A stretch of DNA of 62,071 nucleotides, counting the filler, from Stramenopiles sp. TOSAG23-6 (taxonomy: Eukaryota): NCBI GenBank assembly GCA_900128565.1. It is 3 parts of 3 records of this genome, joined end to end, with 100 filler letters (N's around TTAATTAATTAA, not from the genome) between each part and the next. Parts side by side here need not be neighbours in the genome. Positions count along the whole stretch, not along the records: positions 1 to 20,676 come from LT636034.1; positions 20,777 to 41,398 come from LT636035.1; 1 more part is not named here. The stretch is one strand, 5' to 3'. The translations under genes and the position numbers were made by a program. A model generated the notes under the pieces. It was given only the letters and a program-made list of their open reading frames with translations, did not search any database and was not told the DNA's origin. How positions within the stretch are numbered: position 1 is the stretch's first letter; each line of letters opens with the position of its first letter. This document shows positions 10,724 to 23,800 of the stretch, piece after piece.

Positions 10724-13700
10724 TTACGAGAACAAATCATCGCGATCAATTGTCACAGCTCCAGCACCTTCAACCTCAGAGAAATTCAAGAAATGTTGTT
10801 TTCTGTGTATTTCATCATAAAATGTTTTCGGATTAGCCAGACATAAGTCGTAATGCATCCCTTTAGAATGCTTTATTCCCTGGAAATTATAATTCCAAAT
10901 GTTATCCTGTGGCACTAAGAAACTTCCAAAGAAACGATCCGATAAAAGTAACTGAGTTTGTTCATAATGCGAGGGTGAAAACCCAACGGGACTTGGAGTT
11001 TTATCATCATTTTGTCTGCCCCAATCGAAACCCTCAGGCGTGAGCTTGTAGCATGAAAGAGAGCAACTTCCTGGAGTAAATGAGATCGGTAATACAACAG
11101 TTGTTTCACCATCCCAGGATGTATTATCTGCCATAACTTTCGCATGCATTGTTACGTCGTATGGTGATAATCCATTTAGTTCCGCCGGTTGAGTGTGAAT
11201 CCATCCAAGTGGTTCAAGACCTTCAATAAAATCATGCTCAGGTAATTTAGTAGGAAATGTCACGCCTCTATGAGTACCAATTTGTGGAACCATGACGATA
11301 AGACGAATTTCTTTTACAGATGGATTTTCTGCTGGAGAAATACCATAAATGTAACCACCAACAATTGTACGTAAATCTGAAATGCAGATGAATTGTTTCA
11401 GTATGTTCTTCGGCATTACATACGTAAAACCTGTAGCACCATCCTCATCGCCATTGCCAACAAATATATTTTTGCATCGCAGAGGTAAATTTGTTGCAGA
11501 AATTGCACGCATTCTCCAATCTGTTTTACTAGCAAAAGTATCTTGTTCATATTGTGACGTATTTGTAACAATCATTTCATCACCATGTTTGTTCACAGTT
11601 CGTGTTGTCGTTGCTGTCAATTGTGAAGCTTCGCGCGCTTGTTTCTCTATATCAGCAATTTGTTGACGCTGTAAACTTGGTGCAGCAATTTCCATTCCTA
11701 AAATAATATCTCTTATTTCTGATTGAGTAAGACTTTGAATACTGACATTGTTTTTCTTACCAAAGTCTTCAAGGATCAAATCTTTCAATGAAACCTCAAC
11801 TTTAATCCATTCTTCATCAGTGAGGGTAGGCCAGATATGATGACCAGCAGTAACAGTAGTAGTGTCTGGTCTCAACACAATCTTAGCTTTATCGTGACTT
11901 ACATGTAGAGCTCTCAGAATAAGAATGAGTCGAGAAAACGCAGTATATGATGAAATTGTTTTGAGCCAATCATCATAAATGTTGAATAAAAGCATTTGAG
12001 GTTCAGTTGCTTTAAGAATTAAATCGCCAAACTTTTCTACCTTCAAGCACGCCATAAATGGCAATTGCAAATCACAACCTTTAATCACAATATTNGNAAA
12101 ATCNATNAATGNANCTCCATCGGATCCAAGAGAAATGGCCGAGTAACAATAATTTGCTTTGGTTGTTCTTCAACAGGGAGAGAACGAATCAGAGCAGCAA
12201 CTTCTTCTGCCGTTTTCCATTTTGCCAACTGTGATAAACGTTTCTGGCCTGCCCATACCGAAGTATGAATAATTTTCAAAAACAACTGTCCTGTTCTTGG
12301 ATTGAAGATGAATATTGCACCATTTATAGGTCTTGTTGTCAAATTACCATCAAATGTCTTATGTATTGTGACACGATATACGTTTGTATCGTCAACAAAC
12401 CAAATTATTTGGTTGGAAAATAATTCACCATAATTCTGTGATGACAAATACGGTTCTGTAGGCTCTGAAGAATACAACTGAAGACCTTTTCGAATACGTT
12501 CTCTCAATACATACAGTGCTGGATTAGACTTCACTATTTTCGCCATGGCTTGCTGTACCAAAGGCTTGCAACCCGGGAACCAATTTCCGAAGCCTGAATA
12601 GAGATTATATGCAAGATCAACTGCAAGAATTACACCAGTAGGAGACGGATATATAGACATATTATCAGTTGTATAATCCAAAAACTTTGCACGACTATAC
12701 CGTTCAATATCATGAGAGTCATAATCACCCCATCTACATTGGATATCTAACCAATATTTCGTGGTAGTTGTATCATCATAATTATCTTTTGGGTCATGTA
12801 ATAATGCCGGCTTCGCTACTTGCCATTTGTAAGCCGCAAATAATAAAATATCAGCACAAGAGGTATTCATTTTGTAACTTTTACGAGGATGAATCGTTTC
12901 TTTCTGTACGTTTTCGATTTCTAATGCATCCAGTTCTTGATCAAATACTTGGCATATATCCATCACAATACTTTCATGAATTTTTTGCCACAAATGGGCA
13001 CGAAATATCTGAATAAGAGAAATTTTCAAAGTAGGAATTTTACCATGCATGAAAATACCAGTCAAATCCAATTGTACTTGAAAACCAACATATACATTTG
13101 CACGATTAATTGTTGGAGACCACCATAAAGTAAAACGTCGATTCGGAATCTGATTCAAACCTGAACGCTGCGCATTTGTCAATTTTTTAAATCTCATAGA
13201 TTCTTCAAAACCAGATGCTTTTTCCCAAAACAATCCTTCCCAAGTTGGAAAATAAGTTCCCTTGAAGAGCGTGTGTTCTAAAATACCTTCAACGCCGCCC
13301 AAAGCTTGGATCATATCCGTACGATAATTATTTAAATTCCATAATTTACCATCGTGACGTTGATGAGTCCACCAAAACGGGTCAGTTCTATATTGAATAT
13401 ACTGACGAAAATGTTTACGTACGCGCCAACCTTTATCGTATGCAAGAGTATGCCGATCTTTTTGAAACAATGTATTTATACGAGGCACACCACGATCCCA
13501 AGAGTCTTCAAGATCTTCTAACGTTAACCTTCGATTTTGAGCATTAGCCTCTTGACGTTTGAGAGCATATTCAGCCCAAACACGTTGACTATCAATAAAT
13601 TCAGCTTCCCATGGTTGGATGTAACGATATAAATTAGGGATAAGTTGATCTTCCTCATGAGACATACCAGACCTAAAATGAGTAACACCTGCATCAGTTT

Positions 13701-16700
13701 GCTTGGAGTACCGTAAATCAGATTGTGGAATCAAAACATGACCCATTGAAAGCATTCCTAGACCACCCAATTCTTTTGGGGTGTAGAAGACTACAGGAGG
13801 GAAACGACTAGGCATTTTTGAATTTAAACCAACTTTAATCCGTGTTTGCATCTTATTTTCACATTTTACAAGAATATCAAGAAGTTCTTGTGTATGTACT
13901 ACAGCTTCACGATAATATACCATGAGACTAATACATGCTGTATTCCACTTATTTGCAATTTTAGTGAAAGTCGCTTGACCAGCTGTCATAAGTATATTTC
14001 GAACACGATTTTCAAATTCAAGACAACCTTCTGCGTCTACACGCAAATACGCTTGTGCAGTCCTTTCTTTTGTTTCTTCATTTTGTAGATTCCACACGCC
14101 ATCTTTATTGACAAAATCCGACATATTTGCCATGCGGCACTTTGGAAGAATGCGTACTTCAAATCCACACATATTAAATAATACATTAGGATTATCACGA
14201 CTATAGACTGATACGAATGAATGTTCCCATTCTAAAGTTGTCACTGAACGCGGTAATCTATTATTCAGATCCCAAAATGTTGCCCTTCCTAAATTAACAT
14301 CATGTTTCATTAAACGCATTCGAGCATCACGAGGCCAACATTTTTTGTTATTATACCCAACAATATTTTCATTATTTGGATCCGGATTTTCAGTGAGATA
14401 TCTTTGAATAAGATCTTTACTCTGATCAGAAGAGAATTTCAACAACATAAAGACTTTATCAATATATCTAGCATACATTCGAATAGGATGACGGACTTCT
14501 GTTTCCAACGAATCAAAAGTGAGAAATTCATTCGGACGCTGAGGAGGACCTGCAAGCTCAGATGCACGAGTTAGACCTAGCGACAGAAGATCAAGCACGA
14601 GACCATAATATTGAAATATAAAGGATGCGAATTGAATTCCTCTAATGAGACCGTAACTGTTAGTATGCATCATATCCTTGAAACTTAACACAACATTATT
14701 TTTAGCAGTCATATAATCAGCGATATTATGATCAACAATTAAACGCAAAAGTCGGTTTAATAAAGTCAAATCGATTTTCTCGTAGACTTTTTCAAATTTT
14801 GATTGAACCATAACTAGACATTCGCCATTCTTTGTCTCCCAGACGTCATGTAAATTATTCATTCCCTGACACCATTTGTAAACAAGTAATGGAGGTGGTT
14901 CTGAATCAGCAGGCTTGACCCAATTTGGAAATAATCTTCTTTTATCAGCTTCATACCAAATGTATTGGTCGAGGTATTGATCAGTTATCTTCTCTAAAGG
15001 CTCGACTTCATATACCGGAATTAAATGAGTATATAAATCTAAAAATGTCATACCTACTTCTTTAAATGCACGTTGCACTAGCATATGTCTTTTGATACGC
15101 GCCAAAGCTTCATGAGGATTATCATACGCCAACTCAACTAGACCTAATTCTTCACGTTCACCACTTGATAGACGATGTTTTGTCGTATATATTTCTTTCA
15201 ATCTTTCAAGAGATAAAATAAGTAGTTTCGTATCGTGCTTGTAAGACAAAGGAGGGAATGGAATAGGAGCAAATTTTCTTGATTCTAACCAATGTACCGT
15301 TGTAGTATATATAGCAACAGCTTCTTCAGAGGAAACATATGGACCATCTTTAAGGTAATTATGTTGTCGCTCTTGTTCAGCTTTCAAGAAAAGACGAGTA
15401 AGTCGACCTAGATTTTTCCTCGTAACAGTTTTATTACAAGTTGCGCCTCTACGAACACGTTCACGATTGTAATGAGCAATATTCGTCCACCAATCTGCTT
15501 TACTCTTGACATATCGAAGAATCATGTTTTCAATAGGTGCTGGTAAACCAGGGACTTTCCATGGAATATTAGCTTTCCAACATCGCCAAGCTTCTGATAA
15601 ATGCTGCAAAATAGTACGACTTTTATTAGCTTTGACTCCTTCAGGCATCATATCGATAATATCATGCATAACTGCAGCACGAAGTTCAAGGTCGAAATGA
15701 GATTCTACACGTTGTTTTGTTACAGTTTTAGCAATTCCTTTTGAATGACGTCCTTCAAATTGACGTGCAAGAAGATTTCCGAGCCATCTTTCAAGTAGCG
15801 GTATAATACCTCGAAGGAAGAAGAGCCAAACTCTCCATGTCGATACCCAGAAGCCAACACCTGGACCTTTACCAACAGGACCAGTATTGAAACGATAATA
15901 TATCAAATGTTTCAGATCTTTACACATCCGTATTTGTTTCATTAGCTTATATTTATACCGATACATACCTGTAAGTTGTCCGACATGAGAGAATATATAC
16001 TGCAAACCATCTGCGAGTTGATATGCATCAACATTACCTAAACGATATTGAACATGTGTATCAACAACAAGTTTTGTAAGACGTAATATTTCTCTGGTTA
16101 AATGAAACGCATTACCAAATCGAGATTTTTTCCTTTCTTTTGTAGTCAAAGTTTTGACAGGTTTTAGATTAAAATTGTAATCAAGATGGAGGTACAATAA
16201 TTGCTTTCTATGAATCAGTAAATTTAACATGTTATATCCTTGACGAACAACTTGTAAACCAGCTTCTACCCAATCTAATTCTGTACTTTGAAAAAACTTT
16301 GTTTGTCTGAGCGCTTTAAACAGATATTTTTTATTCAAAGCTCTTGGAGGACGTTTGTGCAATTCATTCTGCACCCATGACTTAAGCAACTTTTGGTATG
16401 AAACACGAACTTTGACTGGCTGGTCTCGAGAAACATGCTCTGTATACCATTGCTTAACTAATGGCACATCAATACAACGACGTGTAAAACCACTCCGCAT
16501 GTTAAAAGGTCTTGGAGCATGTAATAAAGCAATTCCTTCAGCAGTATTAGTAGTACTTATCGGAGTGTTTTGTAAGATAGGTTTCATTCCAACTGGCAAA
16601 CAAAAATCTTCTCCACCGTCTATTTGATCAGCAAGACGATTCCGTTCTTCTTCGATTTCCTTCGATTTTTCATTTTGAACAACTTGAGTACGAAAAGACG

Positions 16701-18090
16701 ATAATGGATTCACCACTGGATCATAATAAAATGCTGGCAAGTCGGGATCCTCAGGTTTTATAAAGCAAGATGGCACATGATGATAAAATGGGATAGCTAC
16801 AGATCGGGGACGGCTATTGTAAAGATATGGCATAGCAATGCGATATTCTGTGCGAATTTGCGATCGAATGATCACTTTGTTGATGTCATTAAATTCATTC
16901 CAATCTTCTTCATCTATGGCTGCGTCTTTATGCAAGGGCTCAAATTTAGGCCCACCTGGAATGGCTAAATTCAATGCTTTTGCAGTAAAAAAAGATTTTA
17001 AATCGAAAAGGTAATAATAATTCTTATCAGATAGATCGGATAACAACTGGCCAGCTAAGCGATAGAGATTACTCATAATACTGACAGGCATTCTCCATTT
17101 TCTGTAAGAAGGACCAAGCACGTACTCAGAATGTTTAAGAGGGCTGCGATCGTACAACCAATCAATGACAGGAGCATCGTCTTCCTCATCCAGTTCCATT
17201 TCTATTGCTGCCAATGGTTCCACATCTAAAAGATTATCACCATAGTCGAGCGCTGGTTCTTCATCGTCAAATGGAGGAAAACGCATACGTTTGAAATTAC
17301 GACGGTCGCGTTTTTCACGTCGCATCATGATCCACATAGTACCCCACTGGGCTTTATACACAGGCTCAATGACCCAAGGGACTTCGTTTACAAAAGTGAT
17401 TGCACCTGTTACGTGATACAGTACCTTGACGTTTTTAACTTGTTCCCACGGCATCGGCATATTTTCCAAGAGTTTATATACTGAATGTGGAACGTATTTT
17501 AGAGCACCAAGATATACACGTTTATCTGTGATATACTTTTTCGACATCATATCTCCGTGGTCTTTCACAACTTTACGCACGTGCTCCGGGGGCATGTCAC
17601 TTTTATCCATTTCGACATAACCATGCTTTCTCTTTTTCGAAAAACGACGCGTGTGCATCTTTTGCCATTTCCTAGCCTTTTCGATTAACTTCTTTCTTTT
17701 GCGTTCCTCAAGTTCCTCGGGAGTAGGTGGTTCGCGTGGTGGAGGAGGAACTTGTCCTTGAGAGTAAATTCCCGGTTGCCCAGGATGAACTTCTACTGCG
17801 TTTGGAAACGAGGGCTGGTGGGAAGAGTATTGTTGTTGGGGTAATCCTGGCGGGGGAAAACCTTGATAACCAGGTGGGGGCATGCCACCAGCCATGGAAG
17901 GATGTGCGTTCGGCGGCAGTCCAGGAGGAGCACCGAAATAATAACCAGGAGGAGCACCCGATCCTGGAGGTGGAGCACTCTGGAAAGGAGCACCCTGAAA
18001 ACCTTGTGGAGGTAATCCTGGAGGTGGACCCTGATAACCAGGTGGGGGCATACTCTGCGCCTCATCATGAATATACCCAGGTCGGGGCAT
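10724..18090 (-). CDS. PRP8: Pre-mRNA splicing factor PRP8, intronless; apparent frameshift lies in N-containing low-quality bases at ~12095-12114
   Basis: Hallmark motifs [34 protein letters not shown] and [11 protein letters not shown], plus the C-terminal Jab1/MPN region (LGWIHTQP). Confidence 0.98.
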
Positions 18091-18531
18091 TATCGCATAA
18101 GAGGGAGGTGCGTAAAGAAGGAGTGTAAGGTATTTACGCTTCGGTCCGAACTACTCGCGCGGTGTCGCGAGAGAGAGTGTCGTGTCATGGATGGCATGCG
18201 AACCGAAGCGCGACACAAAAAAAAAAAATTTGAACTCCCTTGGAGGGACAAACCTGTCCGGATCTCGCTGTAAAAAAAAAAGAAGGCTCTAACTTGGCTT
18301 GAAAATTCATGAAATTTTCAACAGAAAATGAGAATTTTCATAAATTTCAACAGAAAAATATAAAATCATAGTATATTTTTTTGCACTTTCATTAATATAC
18401 CTAAAGCGACGTTGAAACTCATGATAATAAAAAATACTAAAATGGAAATTCATATTTATTATTACTATTTAGATATGTATTTTTAATATTATTAGAAACT
18501 CAATTATTTGTAAAACATATTTTAGATGTAT

Positions 18532-20454
18532 CTAACTATTAAAAGCACTTGCATCTTGCCATTCTCCAGTATTAACAGAGTTAGAAGATTTTTTCCTTTT
18601 TGGACCACGACCTCTTGCTTTTATCCCTGTTCGCCGTTCTCGATCTCTTTTTTCTTTTGATTGTTTAATCATATTGGCTTTCTTCGCTGCCGCTCTTCTA
18701 TCATATGTACTCGCAGTTGAAATACTATGCCGATTTATTGCACTAGTCTTTTGTTTCCTTCGATCACCAGAATTCTGTTTCTTAATCTGAAGCATCCATG
18801 AAGGTACATTACAACCACTAAGCTTCATGATATTGGCTATTGTTCGTAATCGTGAAATGTCTGATTCGGTGAAAAATGTCACAGCTCTACCTCGACGCCC
18901 GGCACGTCCTGTACGACCAATTCTATGAACATAACTGACACCACTCTGAGGGAAATCAAAGTTAATTACAGTTTGAACACCTTTAAAGTCTACTCCTCTA
19001 CACATAAGATCAGTCGCAATCAGAACCCATATAGCCCCAGTACGAAAACGTGTAATGATTTGATCACGTTGGGCTTTAGATCGATCACTATGAATCACAT
19101 CCACATTGATACCATCATATACTAATTCTCGAAAAAGCTCCTGAGCCCTATCTTTAGATTGTACAAATATAATTGCCGGTGGTTTGAAACCTTTTTGAAC
19201 AAGTTGTCGTATAGCTAGAAGCTTGCCTTGTTCCATACCAACAAATAAGAGTTCTTGGTCAATTGTGCTTGCACCAGCATTTCGTGTGCCAATCACTAAA
19301 CGTATTGGCTCTCTGAGAACTGATTGAGCTAACTCCTCTACATTTTGAGGAAGTGTTGCAGAAAACATCGCGCGCTGGATTTTGCTGTTATTACAAAGAC
19401 TGAGAACAGAATCAATTTGTTGAAGAAACCCGCCATCCATTTCTAGTAACTTATCAGCCTCATCAAGTACTACCATCTCAATAGACGAAAGCGAAAGAGG
19501 TTTGCTTACCCATGCTCCAGGAGTTTCGCCAGCGCCTTTCGTTATTTGTAAAACTTGCATTGGCGTACTTACGATAATATCAATATTACTACTTGATGCT
19601 ATAGACACCGCTGTACTCTTTGTAAGCAGTTGTATACGGAATTTCTTACCTTTTGATAAACGCTCAAATTCACGGACAATTTGTGCGGCTAATTCACGTG
19701 TTGGTGCTAAAACTAATCCTCGAGGACTTTTTGACCCCTCTTCTCGTTTACAACAGATTTTCTTTAGCATTGGAATCGCAAATGCAGCAGTCTTACCGGA
19801 ACCTGTTGGTGCTGCAGCGAGAATATCTCTACCTGCAAACAAGATAGGGAGCGCTTGCATTTGTACTGGAGTAGGGTCTATATACTTACTCCGCTCAATG
19901 TTTTCTAAAAGAATATTTCGAAAATGAGGATTCTCTTCAAGTTCAATATCATGAAAGGATTCCAATGGTGGAGGAGGATCTGAACCAGATATTTTAATAG
20001 ATAAGCGCTTTCGAAAAGCTTTTAACTCAGCTTTGGCTTTATCTTCTGCGGATTTTTCAATGTCCGAATCAGAAACCAACTTCACAGTACTGTCTACATT
20101 AGAAAAAACTGTTAGCTGTTCTTCACCATCAGAACTTTCTTCCCCAGTTTGTACGTCATCATCTTTATCATCTAACCTTGCTTCAGATATTATGCCAGGC
20201 TTCAGTTTTTTAACACTGCTTTCGGATTTCAAAGTAGCAGCAATAGTAGCTCGCTTACGTTTCTGTTTCTTTGGCTTGGTCTGAGAAAATGAACCGAAAA
20301 AGTCGAGAGATGGTGGAGCAGTCGACTGCGCAAGTTTTCTACTCAAAGTCGCATCACGACGCTTTCCCTTTTCAAAGAGAGCCATGTGCTCTCCACACTT
20401 CTTACGATCGAAGCGAGCACCTCCATTTAGCTGCCTGAATATTTCTGCTTCCAT
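18532..20454 (-). CDS. DDX52: DEAD-box RNA helicase DDX52/ROK1
   Basis: APTGSGKT, PTRELA, DEAD, SAT and HRIGRTGRAG motifs, plus the ROK1-type QELLFVG…GKLLAIRQ…PP…FVQSKDRA…DGINVDVIH. Confidence 0.92.
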   Translation of the reverse strand: MEAEIFRQLNGGARFDRKKCGEHMALFEKGKRRDATLSRKLAQSTAPPSLDFFGSFSQTKPKKQKRKRATIAATLKSESSVKKLKPGIISEARLDDKDDDVQTGEESSDGEEQLTVFSNVDSTVKLVSDSDIEKSAEDKAKAELKAFRKRLSIKISGSDPPPPLESFHDIELEENPHFRNILLENIERSKYIDPTPVQMQALPILFAGRDILAAAPTGSGKTAAFAIPMLKKICCKREEGSKSPRGLVLAPTRELAAQIVREFERLSKGKKFRIQLLTKSTAVSIASSSNIDIIVSTPMQVLQITKGAGETPGAWVSKPLSLSSIEMVVLDEADKLLEMDGGFLQQIDSVLSLCNNSKIQRAMFSATLPQNVEELAQSVLREPIRLVIGTRNAGASTIDQELLFVGMEQGKLLAIRQLVQKGFKPPAIIFVQSKDRAQELFRELVYDGINVDVIHSDRSKAQRDQIITRFRTGAIWVLIATDLMCRGVDFKGVQTVINFDFPQSGVSYVHRIGRTGRAGRRGRAVTFFTESDISRLRTIANIMKLSGCNVPSWMLQIKKQNSGDRRKQKTSAINRHSISTASTYDRRAAAKKANMIKQSKEKRDRERRTGIKARGRGPKRKKSSNSVNTGEWQDASAFNS

Positions 20455-20547
20455 TTGAATGGGAATGCAATTTGTTATTGGAAGACTTGGCTTACTGCTT
20501 TGGTTAAACAGAGAGTGTCACTGACTCACTGACTCGACTCATTTTTG

Positions 20548-20561
20548 CACGCAAACCTGCT
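20548..20561 (+). promoter_or_regulatory. Candidate promoter motif CACGCAAACCTGCT
   Basis: An identical 14-mer occurs at 45800-45813; both copies lie ~95-190 bp upstream of start codons. Confidence 0.4.
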
Positions 20562-20676
20562 CCTTCTGATTAATTCACAACTTTTTTTTTGCGTTCGAAG
20601 CGTTCGAAGCTAGCGCATCGTCTGCGAGTACATATGATAGAAGAGCGGCAGCGAAGAAAGCCAATATGATTAAACA

Positions 20677-20776
20677 NNNNNNNNNNNNNNNNNNNNNNNN
20701 NNNNNNNNNNNNNNNNNNNNTTAATTAATTAANNNNNNNNNNNNNNNNNNNNNNNNNNNNNNNNNNNNNNNNNNNN
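20677..20776. other. Artificial contig linker N44-TTAATTAATTAA-N44
   Basis: Six-frame stop linker inside exactly 100 nt of spacer. Confidence 0.95.
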
Positions 20777-20831
20777 CATACGAAATTTCGTACCTAACGA
20801 TTTTTTTTTGAAATATTTTTCCAAAATACAT
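20777..20831 (+). mobile_element. Introner-like intron, 3' part at contig start
   Basis: CATACGAAATTTCGTACCTAAC…TTCCAAAATACAT followed by an open frame. Confidence 0.8.
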
Positions 20832-23800
20832 CTCCAGTGCCAGAAAATGAAATGGTATTTTCCAAAAGTAACCAAAATAAAAGTAGAGAAATTAAAAATA
20901 GAGGTCTGATACCACCAAAATCAGTTCCGCGTTATAAACCTACCTCAAAAACATCGAATAAACGATCAAAAGTAGATACTGGTAAATTGGCAAATGATGA
21001 AATCGGAATATCTCATAAAAACGAATTCGATGCTAAACAATCAAAAACGAAAAATAGTAAAAACGAATTTGGTGCTAAACAATCAAAAACGAAAGATAGT
21101 AAAAACGAATTTGGTGCTAAACAATCAAAAACGAAAGATAGTAAAATAAAAGGGCGTCAAGAAACATTTAATGAAACTGATGACTCCGAAAGTAGAGACG
21201 CTGATAACAAACGAATAAATCAATATGAAACTAGAAGTGTTGTAACAAAAAGTACATTCAATAAACCATTGAATGCAGCAGACAGAAAAAGTACGGAAAC
21301 AAGAAGTGTTGTTACAAAAAGTATATCCAATAAACCCTTGAAGATGACCGATGGAAAAAGTACTGAAACAAGAAGTGTTGTTACAAAAAGTACATTCAAT
21401 AAACCATTGAATGTAGACAGAAAAAGTACGGAAACAAGAAGCGCTGTAACAAAAGATACACCCAATATTTCATATGATGCTACTGTCAGAAGATATAGTA
21501 AAACTATTCATGCTGATACTGATACCACTAAATCTCTCACTACTGAAAGTAGACCCAGAAAGAGTATTGACAAGAATGACGATAAAACTCGCAGAGCTCT
21601 TGAAAGGACAAGTAAAATCAATGAAAAGGATACCCCAAAAAATACTGAAAGGATCAATAGGAGAATTATTGAAAAGGATACTGACAGTGCTGTAGAGCGA
21701 TATCTTAGAGCTCGGAATTCTCGAAATAATAGATTACTTCAAAGAAATCGGGCTATAAGTACTCCAAGAAATAGACCATTTTCTTCACAAGATAGCCGTA
21801 CGGATAGTAATATCACTATACCAAAACGCGATACAATTAGCAATACAAGTACTCATAGAAATAGACCATATTCTTCACAAGATAGTCATAGAAGTAGTAC
21901 TACTACACCAAAACGCGATGCAATTCGCAATGTAACTACAGCTAAACCCACCAAACCAGATAGAACAAAAATTACTCCAAGCTCTACTCGTTTTGGTATA
22001 AAGGAAGATACCGAAGAGAAAACAGTAGAACTGCCCCATAATGTTATCAAAGTTAAGGATACAACATCTAAAGATATTGAAGAAACAAATAAAAAGGCAA
22101 TTCTAAAACATTTAGGAAGATTTGAAACTCGTAGTAGTTCTAGGCGGAAGGGCAATGAAGCAAACTCTGTTAGTAAAAGAGTTGAGTCTGAGGTTGGCGC
22201 GAGTACAGAGGCTAGTTTAAGTGGAAGTACTGGAGGAAGTGCATCTCGTAGTGACAATCAAGAAGCTACATTAGGATCAACAGATAGCAATCGTGTGGCA
22301 TCTACATTGTTGAAATCAAATAAGTCCAAACAAGATTCTCAGAATAGAAGTATAGTGCGACATATTACATCTTCGCGAAGACGTCCTAGTACGGCACAAT
22401 CTAGGAATTTAAATGAAAATAGTGGATTAATCATTCGGCGTATTGATTCGCCACAACTTCGGCTAAGGAAATCATTTCAACATCGTCCTAGTACAGCATC
22501 ATTTCAACATCGTCCTCGTACTGCATCATTTCAGCGTCGCCATAGTACATCATTTCAATATCGTCCTAGTACAGCAAGTACAAAAAAAGATAGAATTCCT
22601 CGGCGACTTAATGTAAACAGATTAAACTCTTTATCACGTTCAAAAACATCGCGAGCTAAGTTGTTTACAACTTTCCCAGAATCCACAGAAGACGGTGCTG
22701 GTGCAACTACAAATAAGAATTTAACATCCGCATTACCAAATAACTCCGTCAAAAACATCCGACATCGTAAAGAAGTACATGCTCGTGCTCAGGCAAAGCG
22801 GCGCAGAAGAAGACTTCGGGAGAAGAAAAGACAATCGAAAGCTCATGCATCTGTAGCACGAATTGTGGCTGGTAAGAGGGATATAGAATATTTTAATAGT
22901 GAAACAGAAGCTACAGAAAAATTGTCGGTTGTTGTCACTGTACCACCTCCGCCCCCTAAGCGCAAATTTCAAGCCAAACTTAATTCTAAAAGAAAGAGAA
23001 ACTTTATCAAACATTTTTCGGAAGATGAGGCAGATGCTGCGAGGTCGTCGTCGGAAGATACTGAAGGGAGCATGAGTAGCTCAGAAGTCTCAAAAAGTAT
23101 AGAAGGTTTGAAAAAGATTTATTTGGAAGCAACGCGATCTTCTCATATCGGGGAAAATACAACACTTAAATTAGACTATGAAAAGTTCTTTCATTTTTTC
23201 CATTTAAAAAAAACAGACCGTAATAGCAATACACTATTAGCTGAAGCTTTGCTAGATCAAGTTACTGTGTTTAAAAATGAATCAAAAGTTGGATTGAAGA
23301 TTAAACCATGGTGCTGGAGAAAGCTTGTTGGTTTTGGTCCTGTTTTTTTGAATGTTACTGTAAAGGCGACAGATGAAGGATATTTGGTATTTGCTCGGCA
23401 TCCTACTGGACATTCAATTGAAACACATTTAAGTGAAAAAGATGTCCGAAAAGAACTTGTCTCATCTGGAACACCTCCTGGGTTTTATGCGACAAAATCA
23501 CAACGTGGAGAAATATTACTTTCATCAATTCGTTTGATTAGGTCGAGATCTGGACGAGTACCTTACACCTTCAAGATTGTTGGACCCCCACGTTTCCCCA
23601 CTTCATTGATTATAAGCTTACCGTCAATTATTATAGACGGAATTCGAATGCATGTTCGTGTTTACGCGACATATAATTATAATAGTGATCTTCTTTCTAG
23701 TGATGACGTTTTAAATAGTACCAGTGAACTTCAAGGTAGTCGTACACGGGTTAGTGGAGTTGTCATTTGGGCATTTGAAGGCGATGGTGCAGGGGCAGAG

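Noticed and set aside
12085-12120. PRP8 split into two ORFs (programmed frameshift, intein or intron?)
   Set aside because: The break falls in N-containing low-quality bases and the protein is collinear across it. No intein insert is visible.
20622-20676. Inverted copy of DDX52 sequence 18662-18716 at the contig end
   Set aside because: Exactly 55 bp and terminal, like the two other cases. This fits a k=55 de Bruijn overlap at an amplification inversion chimera, not an antisense element.
20677-20776. TTAATTAATTAA palindrome inside N runs (also 41443-41454)
   Set aside because: Synthetic six-frame stop linker. Contig lengths of 20676, 20622 and 20573 indicate size-sorted concatenation, so gene neighbourhood across linkers is meaningless.
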